From: Octopus vulgaris
Lineage: Eukaryota
Assembly: GCA_951406725.2 (NCBI GenBank)
Contig: OX597817.1
Location: 40,424,001-40,488,000, forward strand
Direction of reading: 5' to 3'
DNA length: 64,000 nt
The notes under the pieces are model-generated. The model did no database searches and was not told where the DNA came from. It saw only the letters and a list, made by a program, of their open reading frames with translations. The position numbers and the translations under genes are program-made. Shown here in pieces: positions 25,963 to 38,842 of this stretch; the first letter of the stretch is position 1; the number at the start of each line of letters is the position of its first letter.

Positions 25963-28211
25963 CTGTGTTTGTCCTCCCAACATCACTGGTATGTTTCCGT
26001 CTGCGTAACTTAGTAGTTCGGCAAAAGAGACCGATAGAATAAGTTCTAGGCTTACAAAGAATAAGTCCTGGGGTCGATTTGCTTGACTAAAGGTGGTGCT
26101 CCAGCATGGCTACAGTCAAATGACTGAAACAAGTAAAAGAGTATTTTTAATATTCTTTTTTTCTCTTGAAGATGGCTGCTGAGTGATTACCTTTAATAAT
26201 ATAGTTTTTTGAAATATGCTAATTGTTCATACCTACTCATATACAATATTTCACATCTACTTAGTGATTCTTTCATTACTGCTTTGGTAAATGCAGAAAG
26301 TCTTCTTGTATGATGAGGTTTAATAAGACCAAAACATGTTCCAAATTGTCTTCCATGCTTGCTAAAATGATTTAAATAATTACAATCATTGAATTAGACT
26401 TTTCCTCGCCATATTATTTCTAAGTAAATATTTTATGCTTCACTACATTAAGGAGAAAAACATTAACTTTGTTCCATAAATATTTTTCTTTTAATATAAG
26501 GTCAAGTTTTAAGGAAACAGAACTATTAACTCAAACCTAATATGTCAGAAGTGCTTATCGTATCAAACTAAAAGGTAGCAAGGTTAAATTGACCTCTAAA
26601 AGATTTGAACTTAGACAAGAGAATTATCTCATTTGTGCTTCACCTCCCCACACACCCCTGCTATATAAATATTATCATTTGTTCAAGTAGGAAAATGTGA
26701 GCTAATTTACTCGGTTTGTCTTCAAGGGAGGTAACTATGGATACACTCCAGGAAGAAAATTAGGTGAATTTTAGCAGTTAATTACAGACGGAAATGTATA
26801 ATGATTTTTACTGTAGTTTTTTTTGCTCTAGTGATGCACAGCGAAAATGTCACAGAGCTTGGCTTTTGACATAGATAATGTGGGAATAATTTGAGATTTA
26901 TACGATTTTTCATCTACATATTCATTATGTCAATGAAATACTTTTCCTCCTTTCTTTGTTTTTTATACTCTTTTTTTTTTTTTATTTCAACTTAAAATTT
27001 TCATTTTCCTGTGATTGTCAAGGAAGTGATCTATTTGGTATTTTAATTAGAAGGTTCTAACAAAATGCAGTCAATTGAAATATTTTTCAACTCTAGAAAT
27101 GTTTATGCGACTAATTTGTCTTTTAAGAATAGAATTTGAAACTTATTTTTCAGTAAGTCATAATGTTCTACCTCAACCTTTTAGCATTCCGATTACTCTG
27201 GCAAATGTAATGCTTTCTTTATTCACATTGTTCTGAATTAATCATGCATTATCTCATAGCTTTGAGATTTTGATAATCTGATGGTTTATTTTTAGAATGA
27301 CATTGTGAAGTAGGTGTGAGAGGTCAGATGACTGGTTTGAACATTAACCTTTTAAGCCCTGACCTCCTGACCATTATTTGACCATATACCTGGCACTCCA
27401 CCGGTGCTACAGTATAGAGCGGTGCTATGGTATAGAGAAAAATAAGCCATTCACTGGTAAGGGCTCCAAAGGTAGAATATTTGGGCTGGATATGGTTTGT
27501 TGACAATAGAAATAATAGCAAAAAAGTTTGTTTTTAAATATGCCTGTTCAAACTGAAAGCAAAAATCACTGATTATTACTTGACTAATAACCTTTTGACT
27601 GCGGAAAACAGATATATCTAATCAAAATTTCATTATCCTTAACTGTAGAAAGTAATTTCAGATACCAATCTGTCTTGTTGAGAAATGCTAAGTTTTTGGA
27701 ACAATTTTTTTATTGAGATATTTCAAGTGTGACTTGCAAAAATTACCAATTCTTTGTTTAGAGTATTTGACATCATTACTGGAATAATCTTGAAATTTTG
27801 CAATGAGGGGGGTTAAATAAAATTGCTAAACCAAAATGTAGCATTCTATAAGCTTTTCTAATTTTCATGCAAACTTGACGTAACGAAGCTGGGTCTTCAA
27901 ATTATTGGTGTAATTAACTTATCTGATAGGGTTGCACAGTTTTCTACAACTCAGTTTCAACTCCAGCCCATACTGGGGCCTGGCTTTGAAGGGTTTAGTC
28001 AAAGAAATCAATCCTAGAACTTATCTCTTTTACTTGTCTGTCATTTGGCTGTGGCCATGCTGGAGCACTGCCTTTAGTCAAGCAAATGACTCCAGGTCTT
28101 GTTCTTTGTAAGCCTAGTATTTATTCTATCGGTCTCTTTTGCTGAACTGCTAAGTTACGGGAATGTAAACACACCAGCATTCAGTTGTCAAGCGATGCTG
28201 GGGAGACAAAC

Positions 28212-28281
<70 letters not shown>

Positions 28282-31200
28282 CGACGGGCTTCTTTCAGTT
28301 TCCATCTATCAAATCCACTCACAAGGCTTTGGTCGGCCCGAGGCTATAGTAGAAGACACTTGCCCAAGGTGCCACACAGTGGGACTGAACCCAGAACCAT
28401 GTGGTTGGTAAGCAAGCTACTTACCACACAGCCACTCCTGCACCTATATGTTTAACTTTTTAAGTCTGATACTTATTGTATCAAACCCTTTTGCCAGACA
28501 GCTATGTCATAGGGACAAAAACAAACCAACATTGGGTGTCAGGCAGTGGGGGTGGTGGAGACAAACAAAGGCACATTCACACACATACATATACGTACAC
28601 ATACATGATACATAATTGTCGTCGTCGTCATCATTTGATGTCTGTCTTTCATTCTGGTATGGGTTGGATGGTTTGACAGGAACTGGCAAATCAGAAGACT
28701 GTATCAAGCCCTACTGTCTGCTTTGGGATGGTTTATATGACTGGATGCTCTTCCTGACATCAATCGCATTACAGGGTGTAATGGGTGTTTTTTACATGAC
28801 ACCAGCAGCATTGAGGTTACCAGATAACTTACAGGACAAGACCCCACCATCAACTTAGTGGAAGGGATGGGGGCAATATTGAGGAAGGTGGTTTTGTGCC
28901 AGATGAAAGGTTAGTGTATGAGTAGAGGGACAGAAATAGACATCTTGCAGTAAAGAAGATATGTAAGATATGTAGCTACCTCAGTAGAAGAGAGAGATAG
29001 TGAAAATGTGACGGGGGCTGGGTACATTCAAGTTACAGGGTGGTGTATATAAATGAAGTGGAACCAAGAATTGGATAGCGTGAGTGGGTGAGTAAGTTTG
29101 CAAGATTGCAAAAGGTGAGTGGGCGGTATATATATATATATATGTATATGTATATATACGACGGGCCTCCATGCAGTCTTTTGTTTACCTGATTTGCTCA
29201 CAAGGCATATTGGTTGGCCCGGGGCTATAGTAGAAAATTCTTGCCCAAGGTGCTGCACAGTGAGACTGAACACAAAATCACTACCATGTGGTCTTGGGTT
29301 CAGTCCCACTGCATGGTACTAGGGTGGGTGTTTTCTCCTATAGCCCTAGGCTAACCAAAACCTTTTGAATGAATTGGGTAGACAGAAACTGAAAGACACC
29401 CATTGTGTGTGTGTGTGTGTATTGTCGATCAAATTTTGTCAAAGAACATTTATTTATAGATGGCAATATGATCAAGTTCCTTGCAAGTTTGCAATGTAGG
29501 TTTAATTCCTGGTTAAGCTACATCTCCTTCCTTAACCCTTTTGATATCAACGTGCTTGGGATCACCTGATTTTGTGATAAACAACCTTTAATTTGACAGT
29601 GTTCATATTAATTTAAAACCTATCATAATTCCATCTAAGAACTTGTTTTATGAAGCCATGTTCCAAACCATAGCTTAATGACTAAGTTAGTTATATTTGA
29701 CTAACTCCTTCCAAATTCATGATAATTTTCAAAATTTATTAAACTAATAAGGTCAGAAAACTGTTAGTACTTATATCCGGTGTTTGCAACTAGAAAGAGA
29801 TGGACTCCATATTATACTTCATAACTGTTTTTGTTACAGACCCAACCATCCATCTATTGATTGCTGGATGATTTCATTTTCATTACTTGTTTCCTCTTAT
29901 TTTTTTGCATTCAGGGTATCTGCAGTGCCTATGATATCATAATTGTATGCCGTATTGATCCTCTACATTTCATATCATTAATAAAGAACCAGAAAATACC
30001 AAACGTAAGTTTTTAAAAGCAGAGAATATGATTTATTTTTGAATTATAGACATCTTGTTTTATACCATTCCTACTTATTTTATATCTTATTTTGGAAAAC
30101 AGGACTGTATCTGCCTTTGTATGATTCAAGTTTTACGTTTTAGACCAAATAATATATATGTATGTATGTAATGGGTAGAGGCACGTGACTTAGTGGTTAG
30201 GGTGTTAGCATCATGATCGTAAGATTGTGGTTTCGATTCCTGGACCAGGCGACGCGTTGTGTTCTTGAGCAAAGCACTTCATTTCATGTTGCTCCTGTCC
30301 ACTCAGCCGCAGAAATGAGTAACGCTGTGATGGACTGGCATGCCATCCAGCTGGGGAACACATATGCCATAGAAACCGGGCCCATGAGCCTGGCTAGGCT
30401 TTAAAAGGGTGCATTTATTAAATTTTATTTATGTATGTAATGGAGGTGCATTGCTTAGTGGTTAGGGTGTTAGACTTATGACCATAACATTGTGGTTTCA
30501 ATTCCTAGATCAGGTGATGTGTTGTGTTCTTGAGCAAAACATTTCATTTCATGCTGCTCCAGTCTGCTCAGCTGGTAAAAATGAGTAAAACTACAACAAG
30601 CCAGCGTCTTGTCCAGGGAGGAATATATACACCAGAGAATCAACGAAACTAGTCCTATGCTCCTTAAAGAGTAATGTGGACTAACCATGTATGTATGTGT
30701 ATGTGCTTTTGTTTGTGTGTGTGTGTGCCTGAAGGTAGTTTATAAGTTTGGAAAATGAGCATCCTCAGTATAAAGTAATAGATTGTGTATATTATTATTA
30801 CAGCTTTACAAGCGTCTGGGGATTATTTAATTGTTCTTTCATTCAGGAGATTAATATGAAACCATTTAGTAACACCTTCGTTGTATTTGGTTCTTAATTC
30901 ATAATACTTTATTAATAACATACATAAATCAATTATTTGTCTTGAATACACATCACATTACAATGTTAAATTTGTGTGTATATACACAAATTGCTTGTAA
31001 GCTTCTAATTTCATGGTTAAAAGTTGGTGAGTGTCTCTGGCATTGTATCATAGCTATTTGGTCTACAACAGATTCCTGGTTTGATTCCTGGGAGTGACTT
31101 TGTCCGCTTTTACTGTGTTATTGGGATTTTACTCCATATATTATGATGAGCTGTCAATTATTGTTACTTTTGCAGTTAAGCAACTTCAGGAAAATACTTA

Positions 31201-33766
31201 TATATAAATAACAAATATATAAGTATATAGTGAAATTGCATGGCTCAGTGGTATATGTATATAGTGAAGTTGCATGCCTCAGGCCCACAATCATGAGGTA
31301 GTGAGTTTGATCCGCAGACTGGGCTATGTTGTGTTCTTGAGCAAGACACTTTATTTCACATTGCTCCAGTTCATTCAGCTGCAGAAATGAGTTGCAACAT
31401 CACTGGTGCCAAGCTGTATCAGCCTTTCCTTTGGTGGCACGGAGAGGGGAGGCTGGTATGCATGGTCAACTGTTGGTCTTCCATAAACAACCTTGCCTGG
31501 ACTTGTGCCTCAGAGGGTAACTTTCTAAGTGCAATCCCATGGTCATTCATGACCAAGGCTTGTCTTTACTTATATAGATCTATATATAAAATCAAATGAA
31601 TAAAAATGCACGATGGATAAGTGTCAACTCATTACAGCTGTTTTTCACATAACTTTTAATGAAAAATGAGAGCATGACATCATTATAAAAGATTGTAATC
31701 ATCAGATGAGAACGTAAATTTTACGGAACGAAGGGTATCCCAGGAATGCAGCAGAGGTGTGTCTGTTGAGGCTGAGCTATGAAAAGGGAAATGACCAACA
31801 ATATTAGTCATTAAAATGGAGCTATTGAGAGAGTATTATATGATATCTAAGGTCAGTACTCCGGAAGAGGAGTCTGTTAGTCTAGAACCTTTTGATATAT
31901 ATAGATATATATATATATATATTTGTATATGTGTTAATTAATATATAATTTCAGAAAGTGCCTTGTTGGGGGAAGTCTTTACTTCTACGACACCTCATAT
32001 TGATAGTTTCTGGAATTCTGTTATTGGCTCTTCGATGGAAGCTGATGGGATTCAAACCTCCAACGTTTCAGATTGTTGATAATCCACATTCATTTGTCTC
32101 AAGTTTTTACCTCAGAGTAAGTCATAATTTATTCTCAAATTTATTTATAGTTTCCTTTTTTTTTTGTTTTTGCTTTTGTTTTTTTTTTTTGTTTTTTTTT
32201 GCATGTAATCTGGTAGTAAAGTGCACCAATGCTGGGTATTAAGGAAAAAAAAAACTCCTGGATCTTTAATCTTTTATCTTTTGCTTGTTTCAATCATTAG
32301 ACTGCAGCCAAGGTGGTTCATCAATTTGAAGAATTCTAGTTGAATGAATTGACTTCAGCACTTACTTGTTTTAAAGCCTGGTACTTATTCTAATAACCTC
32401 TTCCACTGAATCACTAAGTTATAGGGACATAAACACACCAACACTGGTTATCTAGCGGTGGTGGGGACAGAGATACACTCACACACACACACACGCGCGC
32501 ACATAAAATGTTTAAAAGCATAAACTACACTCTGTGTTATTGTACATAACTATGTATGTATAGGCACTGGAGTGGATGTGTGGTAAGTAGCTTGCTTACC
32601 AACCACATGGTTCCGGGTTCAGTCCCACTGTGTGGCACTTTGGGCAGGTGTCTTCTACTATAGCTTTGGGCCGACCAAAGCCTTGTGAGTGGATTTGGTA
32701 GATGGAAACTGAAAGAAGCCCGTTGTATATATTTGTGTATATATATATATATATATATGTATGTTTGTGTGCCAGTGTTTGTCCCCCAACATAGCTTGAC
32801 AACCGATGCGGGTGTGTTTACTTAGCAGTTCAGCAAAAGAGACCGATAGAATAAGTAATAGGTTTATAAAAAATAAGTCCTGGGGTCGATTTGTTCGATT
32901 AAAGGCGGTGCTGCAGCATGGCCACAGTCAAATGACTGAAACAAGTAAAAGAGTATGTCAACAAAAATAGTCACATCACCTATACAAAATGTATGTATGC
33001 TTGTGTGTGTGTAGGTACAGGATTATACTTAAACCGGTTGTATGTTTGCAATAAATTTTCATGTGTCAATACAACTAAGTAGAGAACATCACATTAGCTG
33101 ATCGTCGGTATGACATATAAATAAAACTAGTTTTAAATAACTTGATAAACTTGTGAAGTGTTGTCTCCGTGTTGCAGAGAATGAGAAATCTTATAAAGGC
33201 AGAGAAAGCTTTAAGAATAATAATGTGTGTTTGTGTGGCGGTGAGGTAGATGGATATTCAGATAGTCTAAGGCAAATAAAGCATAATTCTATTACTTTCT
33301 ACACAGATTTACAAATGGGATTATGGAGTTATGTACTTTGCTCATGAGCAGATTGTATAACTGTTTGTGTGAAAACCCTTAATACTGAATTCATGACCTC
33401 TATAGAATGGAGTCTGATACATTGAACCAATGATCTTTAAACCTTTTGTTTTTGTTCTTTCTTTTTTTTCGTTTAGAGCCAGCTCAGTAATTGGTTCCCA
33501 AAATGGTAACCTTATAAATATCTATGCTTCAGAGATTGCCATTTAAAATCTGGATCTCAAAGAATATCTGTTGAAATGTCTGCAAATTTCTATGACCTCT
33601 CTAATAGCATGTTCCTACACCCTTCACAGCTGTTGAAGAACTGCAGCTGTAGCTATACAGTATTAAATAGATGAATAAATACCAAATCAAACAGGGTGCT
33701 AAAAGTGCTTTATGTTATTTTTTTAATGATGAAAATAAATAATTAGATGTATGTTTCTCTTTCCCT

Positions 33767-33813
<47 letters not shown>

Positions 33814-36800
33814 TATACAGATGTCTATTTAATACACTGGGGATATATCTGTTTGCATTATGTGAGAGGTAGGGGGAAACACAAGACATCACTTGCTCAA
33901 GTTTGGTTTGAGTAATAAAAAATATCCGTCAAATGTAAATAATGTACATAATTCATCTCTTTAATATTGAACTGGAATAAAAAATGGGTTTCATTCCTAC
34001 TTTGTGGCTGGCTGAGTAAGAGGTGCATCCATAATTGTTCTAATAAAAATATATAGTTTCCTATCTCCACAAGCATAAAATATTTAGATAGAGAGAGAAG
34101 AGAGATAAAAACCTTTACTATTTACACTGCATAACATATTATGTAATTATATGAATATGTATCTATATATATATGTGTGTGTATTTGTGTATATATTACA
34201 TGTAATAAATATATAATTATGTGTAATAATATATATATATATATATATATGTATTTATATTTAGTTTTTGTTTATTTTATGGTAAACAGTGATTATATTG
34301 CCAATCCATGGTTTAATTCAATTGGCCTCTTTGTTCAACTGTACATTAGAAAGAAGTTATTTAAATACTATAAATTCTGATTGTTGCATCTTCATGTGAT
34401 CATTGAATCAACAGTCATTTATCATGGATCAGGAGGATCTTTGTCAGGAATTTCAAAAAAGACCCACTTTGATGTATGATAAATAACGGTTGACTTCAAT
34501 AAGCACATGAAAATGCACTGATCAGAATTTACTGTGTGTGCGTGTGTTTTTTTCTTTCTCAGTCTGCTGATCTATACATTTGACCAAAAGGTCAATTGAA
34601 TGAAATTTGGAAATGCTTCCCCTGTTTATGTTACACATGAATAAACATAGTAATATATATCATATCATAAATACATACAATATTCATAAGTATGTATAAT
34701 ATCTCTATGATATAAAAATATTATATCTAATAATATAATAGTTGTATATATCTGTCTTTATAATACAGATGTCTGTATAATACAACGATTATATAAAATT
34801 AAATATTTATATAATATGCTACACACACACACACACACACATCAAATGCTAAGTCACATTTCTCTTTTATCATTTGTTGCCTCCTGTCTGTCACACTAGA
34901 TGAATATGGAATGAGAAAGCAGTGGCTATGCTGAGTGAGATGGAAGAAAGAAACTATTATAAAGGGGGATAGTGAGAGAGAGAGAGAGAGAGAGAAAATA
35001 ACCAGTAAACAAATCAGGAAGTCAAGAGAACTGACAAAAGGAAACTTCAGAAGAATGCAGAGCTTGGTTGGAAGCAGAAAGATAAAGCATTAAGAGTAGT
35101 CAGACATAAATACTGTCACCAATGTGTCTTTCCTTCTGTCCATCACTGAGCATTCTGAGAACAAACTTTTCACAAATTTGGCACATATTCAGATCTTCAT
35201 GACTAATTCTCTGCACAGTCGCCACACCAACTTGAAAGTGTATGCTTATTGTCTTTATAAACGCGCAATGGTCTTCATCCAAAAAATTACAAATTTTCTC
35301 AACCAGCTCTGATGTTCTGATTGTCCTTCACACGCATCACATCATCTGTTACCCACTCTCTACTGTTCTTGAACCTCTTGTGCCAGTGAAAAACAGACGC
35401 TTGGCTCACATAAGTTAATTCATAAGCAGTATGGAGCATTTCATATGTTTATGAAGCATTTTTGCCCAGTTAACAGAAAACTTTATTGCAGAGTAAACCT
35501 CTAAATTGTCTTCATACCCTGACTGCATTGTACAAACTAGTTAGCTATGACCAGCAGGGTTTAGAAGAGTGTGTTCAAAATGCTGTCATCTCCTTCAAAC
35601 TGGAATAAAAAAAGAAAAAAAAGGTGGCATGTCAGTTAATTAAGTATACAGAAATGACAAACTAAAATTACAATAATTTAACCCTTTAGAATTTAAATCC
35701 ACCATATCTGGCCCAAATATTTTACTTGTTTTATGTTCGAACATAAATTCGACCTCTCACACCTGCCCTACAATGTTATTCTTATGATAAACAACCATAT
35801 CATTTAGATCTCAAAACTACAAGGTAATGCATCATTAATTCAAAACAATGTGAATGAATACACATTACATTTGACAGAAAAATCTGAATGGTAAAGGGCT
35901 AGGACAGTTATAACTGTCTCTCCTAAAAAGTCTCAAAACTTCTGGAATGCACCTCATATGAAAATTCATTGAAATAAACTAATGGCAATTTGTAAAATTA
36001 ATACTTTTAGAAATTCACAACAAATTAAGTGATTATACGTGAGATATATTTAATCTCTATAATATATTGCATGAAAGATTACAACAAGCACCATGCTAAC
36101 AACTCTTGTATCTCTGCTACTGGCAAAATCTTTCTTTTGTGTCTGCCTGTCTAGTAATGTCACTGTATTTCTTATCCACCCTTTGTTTACATTTGGTACA
36201 CAGCACAGAATTCCTACCAACTCCTTTTCTGTATATTGAGCAAAGCCACTTCTTTGATTTATAGCAGGACCTTATCTTTTTAACTTTTACTTAAAAATTT
36301 TGTCTTTCCTAAGTTTACTTTGAGGCCTCTTAATTCTGGATGTTGCTTCCTAGTTTGGAATTTCTTCTATTTCTTTGGCGCAATCACCTATGAGAACTAA
36401 ATCATCAACATACAGCCGTTCCCACTGGCAACAAGTCTTAAACTACTCTGTTACAACCTGGAGAACTATAACATATTAGAGAGAACTAAGAACTGAGCCT
36501 TGGTGGACATCTACCTGCATGCTATATTCCTTACTGAAACCATATCTTCTGACAGCATCTCTTTCTTTATGGCTTGCATGCCTTGTAATGAAATATTTAT
36601 GTAATGTAATAATTATGTGCACAATAAAATGTTCAGTCTTTTTAATTACAATATAATAATTATATATATACATACATACTCAAGCAATTTCTTTGTTTTC
36701 TTCCTTTCTAGTCCATCAACTACAGTTACTTGTATGCTCTCAATGTATGGTTATTGTTAAACCCATGGTGGCTTTGTTTTGATTGGTCAATGGGATGTAT

Positions 36801-38782
36801 TCCTACAATCGAATCCTTCCTTGATCCAAGATGTGTTCTTGTCTTACTCTTTTGGGTAGGATTTTGCGCATTCTTACATGTTTCTGTTACTTGTAGTCCA
36901 GGACACCAGAAGAGGTAATTATTTATTGAACTTATTCATATTTTCACTTATCTATCATTTGTTACAAACTGAAAAATGCAAGATATTCTTTTAACATTTC
37001 ATTATCTTCTCCATAATTTATTTTGGCTCTTGATGCAAATTGGTTCTTACATCAACACATCACCACTAAATGAACTGGCACAAATCATAAAACCTATCCA
37101 TAGAATATATATAAAGACTCCCTTTGGTCATGAATGACCATGGGATTGCACCTAAAAAGTTCCATTCTGAGGCACAAGTCTGGGCAAGTTTGTTTATGGA
37201 AGACCAGCAGTCGCCCATGCATTCCAGCCTCTCTCCATAGCACCAAAGTTATCCAAGAGAAAAGCAAAGGCCGATACAGCTTGGCACCAGTGATATCACA
37301 ACTCATTTCTGCAGCTGAGTGAACTGGAGCAACGTGAGATAAAGTGTTTTACTCAAGAAGACAACACAGAGCCCTGTCCAGGAATTGAACTCACTACCTC
37401 ATGATTGTGAGCCCAACGCTCTAACCACTGAGCCGTATATCTCAAAAGGAAGCACACTCTAAAACATTAGAGCAATAACATATTTAGAAAGTAGTTTATT
37501 AATCCCAATCAGAGAGTGACCATTGATATCACACTTAGCTAAGCGTTTTGTGGGTGCGAAACCAGTGGTCACCCTCTGACTGGCCATAACAAACAACCTT
37601 TTAAATATATACATATATATGTTGGTATGTATGCCTGTATGTATATGATGGTGGGGTGATGATAACTCCTATTCATCAGGCCCCCAGTTTGCGGATAGGG
37701 GAATGAGCTGTAGATATACAGGTTAGCTGCGATACTCAATAAGCAGTTTGACTGACACTGCAATTGTCTATAGGACCTGCAACCATTGACAAGAAATTAG
37801 CAATCAAAAGACACTATAAATAAGCAAGCTCAACCAGACGATGCTGCTGATGATGATGATATAATTCAAGAGATAGATATGAGAGAGAATGGGGGAGGGG
37901 AGAATCTTTTATGTCGTGATTATAGTACATAAATATGAAAGCTTACATATATCTATTGATCTATCTAGGTCGTCCCTCAGGATGCCCCACTTATACATAA
38001 TTGGTTGATGTAGTTGTGATCTTCATCATCATCATCATCCTTTAGAATTATGTGTCTGTAGAATGTTTATATATATATATATATAGGTGTAGGAGTGGCT
38101 GTGTGGTAAGTAGCTTGCTTACGAACCACATGGTTCTGGGTTCAGTCCCACTGCGTGGCACAGTAGATTTGGTAGATAGAAACTGAAAGAAGCCTGTTGT
38201 ATATATATATGTTTGTGAGTCTGTATCCCCCACCCCTAACATCGCTTGACAACCGATGCTGGTGTGTTTACATCCCTGTAACTTAGCGGTTCAGCAAAAG
38301 AGACCGATAGAATAAGTATTAGGCTTACAAAGAATAAGTCTTGGGGTCAATTTGCTTGGCTAAAGGCGGTGCTCCAGCATGGCCACAGTCAAATGACTGA
38401 AACACGTAAAAGAGTAAAAAAAGTTATATACACATATACTTGATTTCATGGTACTTAGTCACCTATTTTTCCTGATTGTCACTGTGACTTTTCTGATTGT
38501 CACCCCGCCCCAGCTTTCTTAGGTGTCATTGTACCTCAACTTCCTTGGTTGTCACCTTCATAATCTGGGTTTCTCATTAATATCATATATCAGACAAAGG
38601 TGGTAACAGTTCAGTTACTAAGACAACACTTTCCCTCTTGGCGCTACCTGCTGTACAGGCCACTGGACAAGGTAGAAGCAGGGTTTATATACTGTGATGC
38701 ATAATCCGGAATTGTCACTCTCTCTCTCTCCACATATGTATATATGTGTGTGTGTGTATATGTATAATATGTATATATGAGT

Positions 38783-38842
<60 letters not shown>

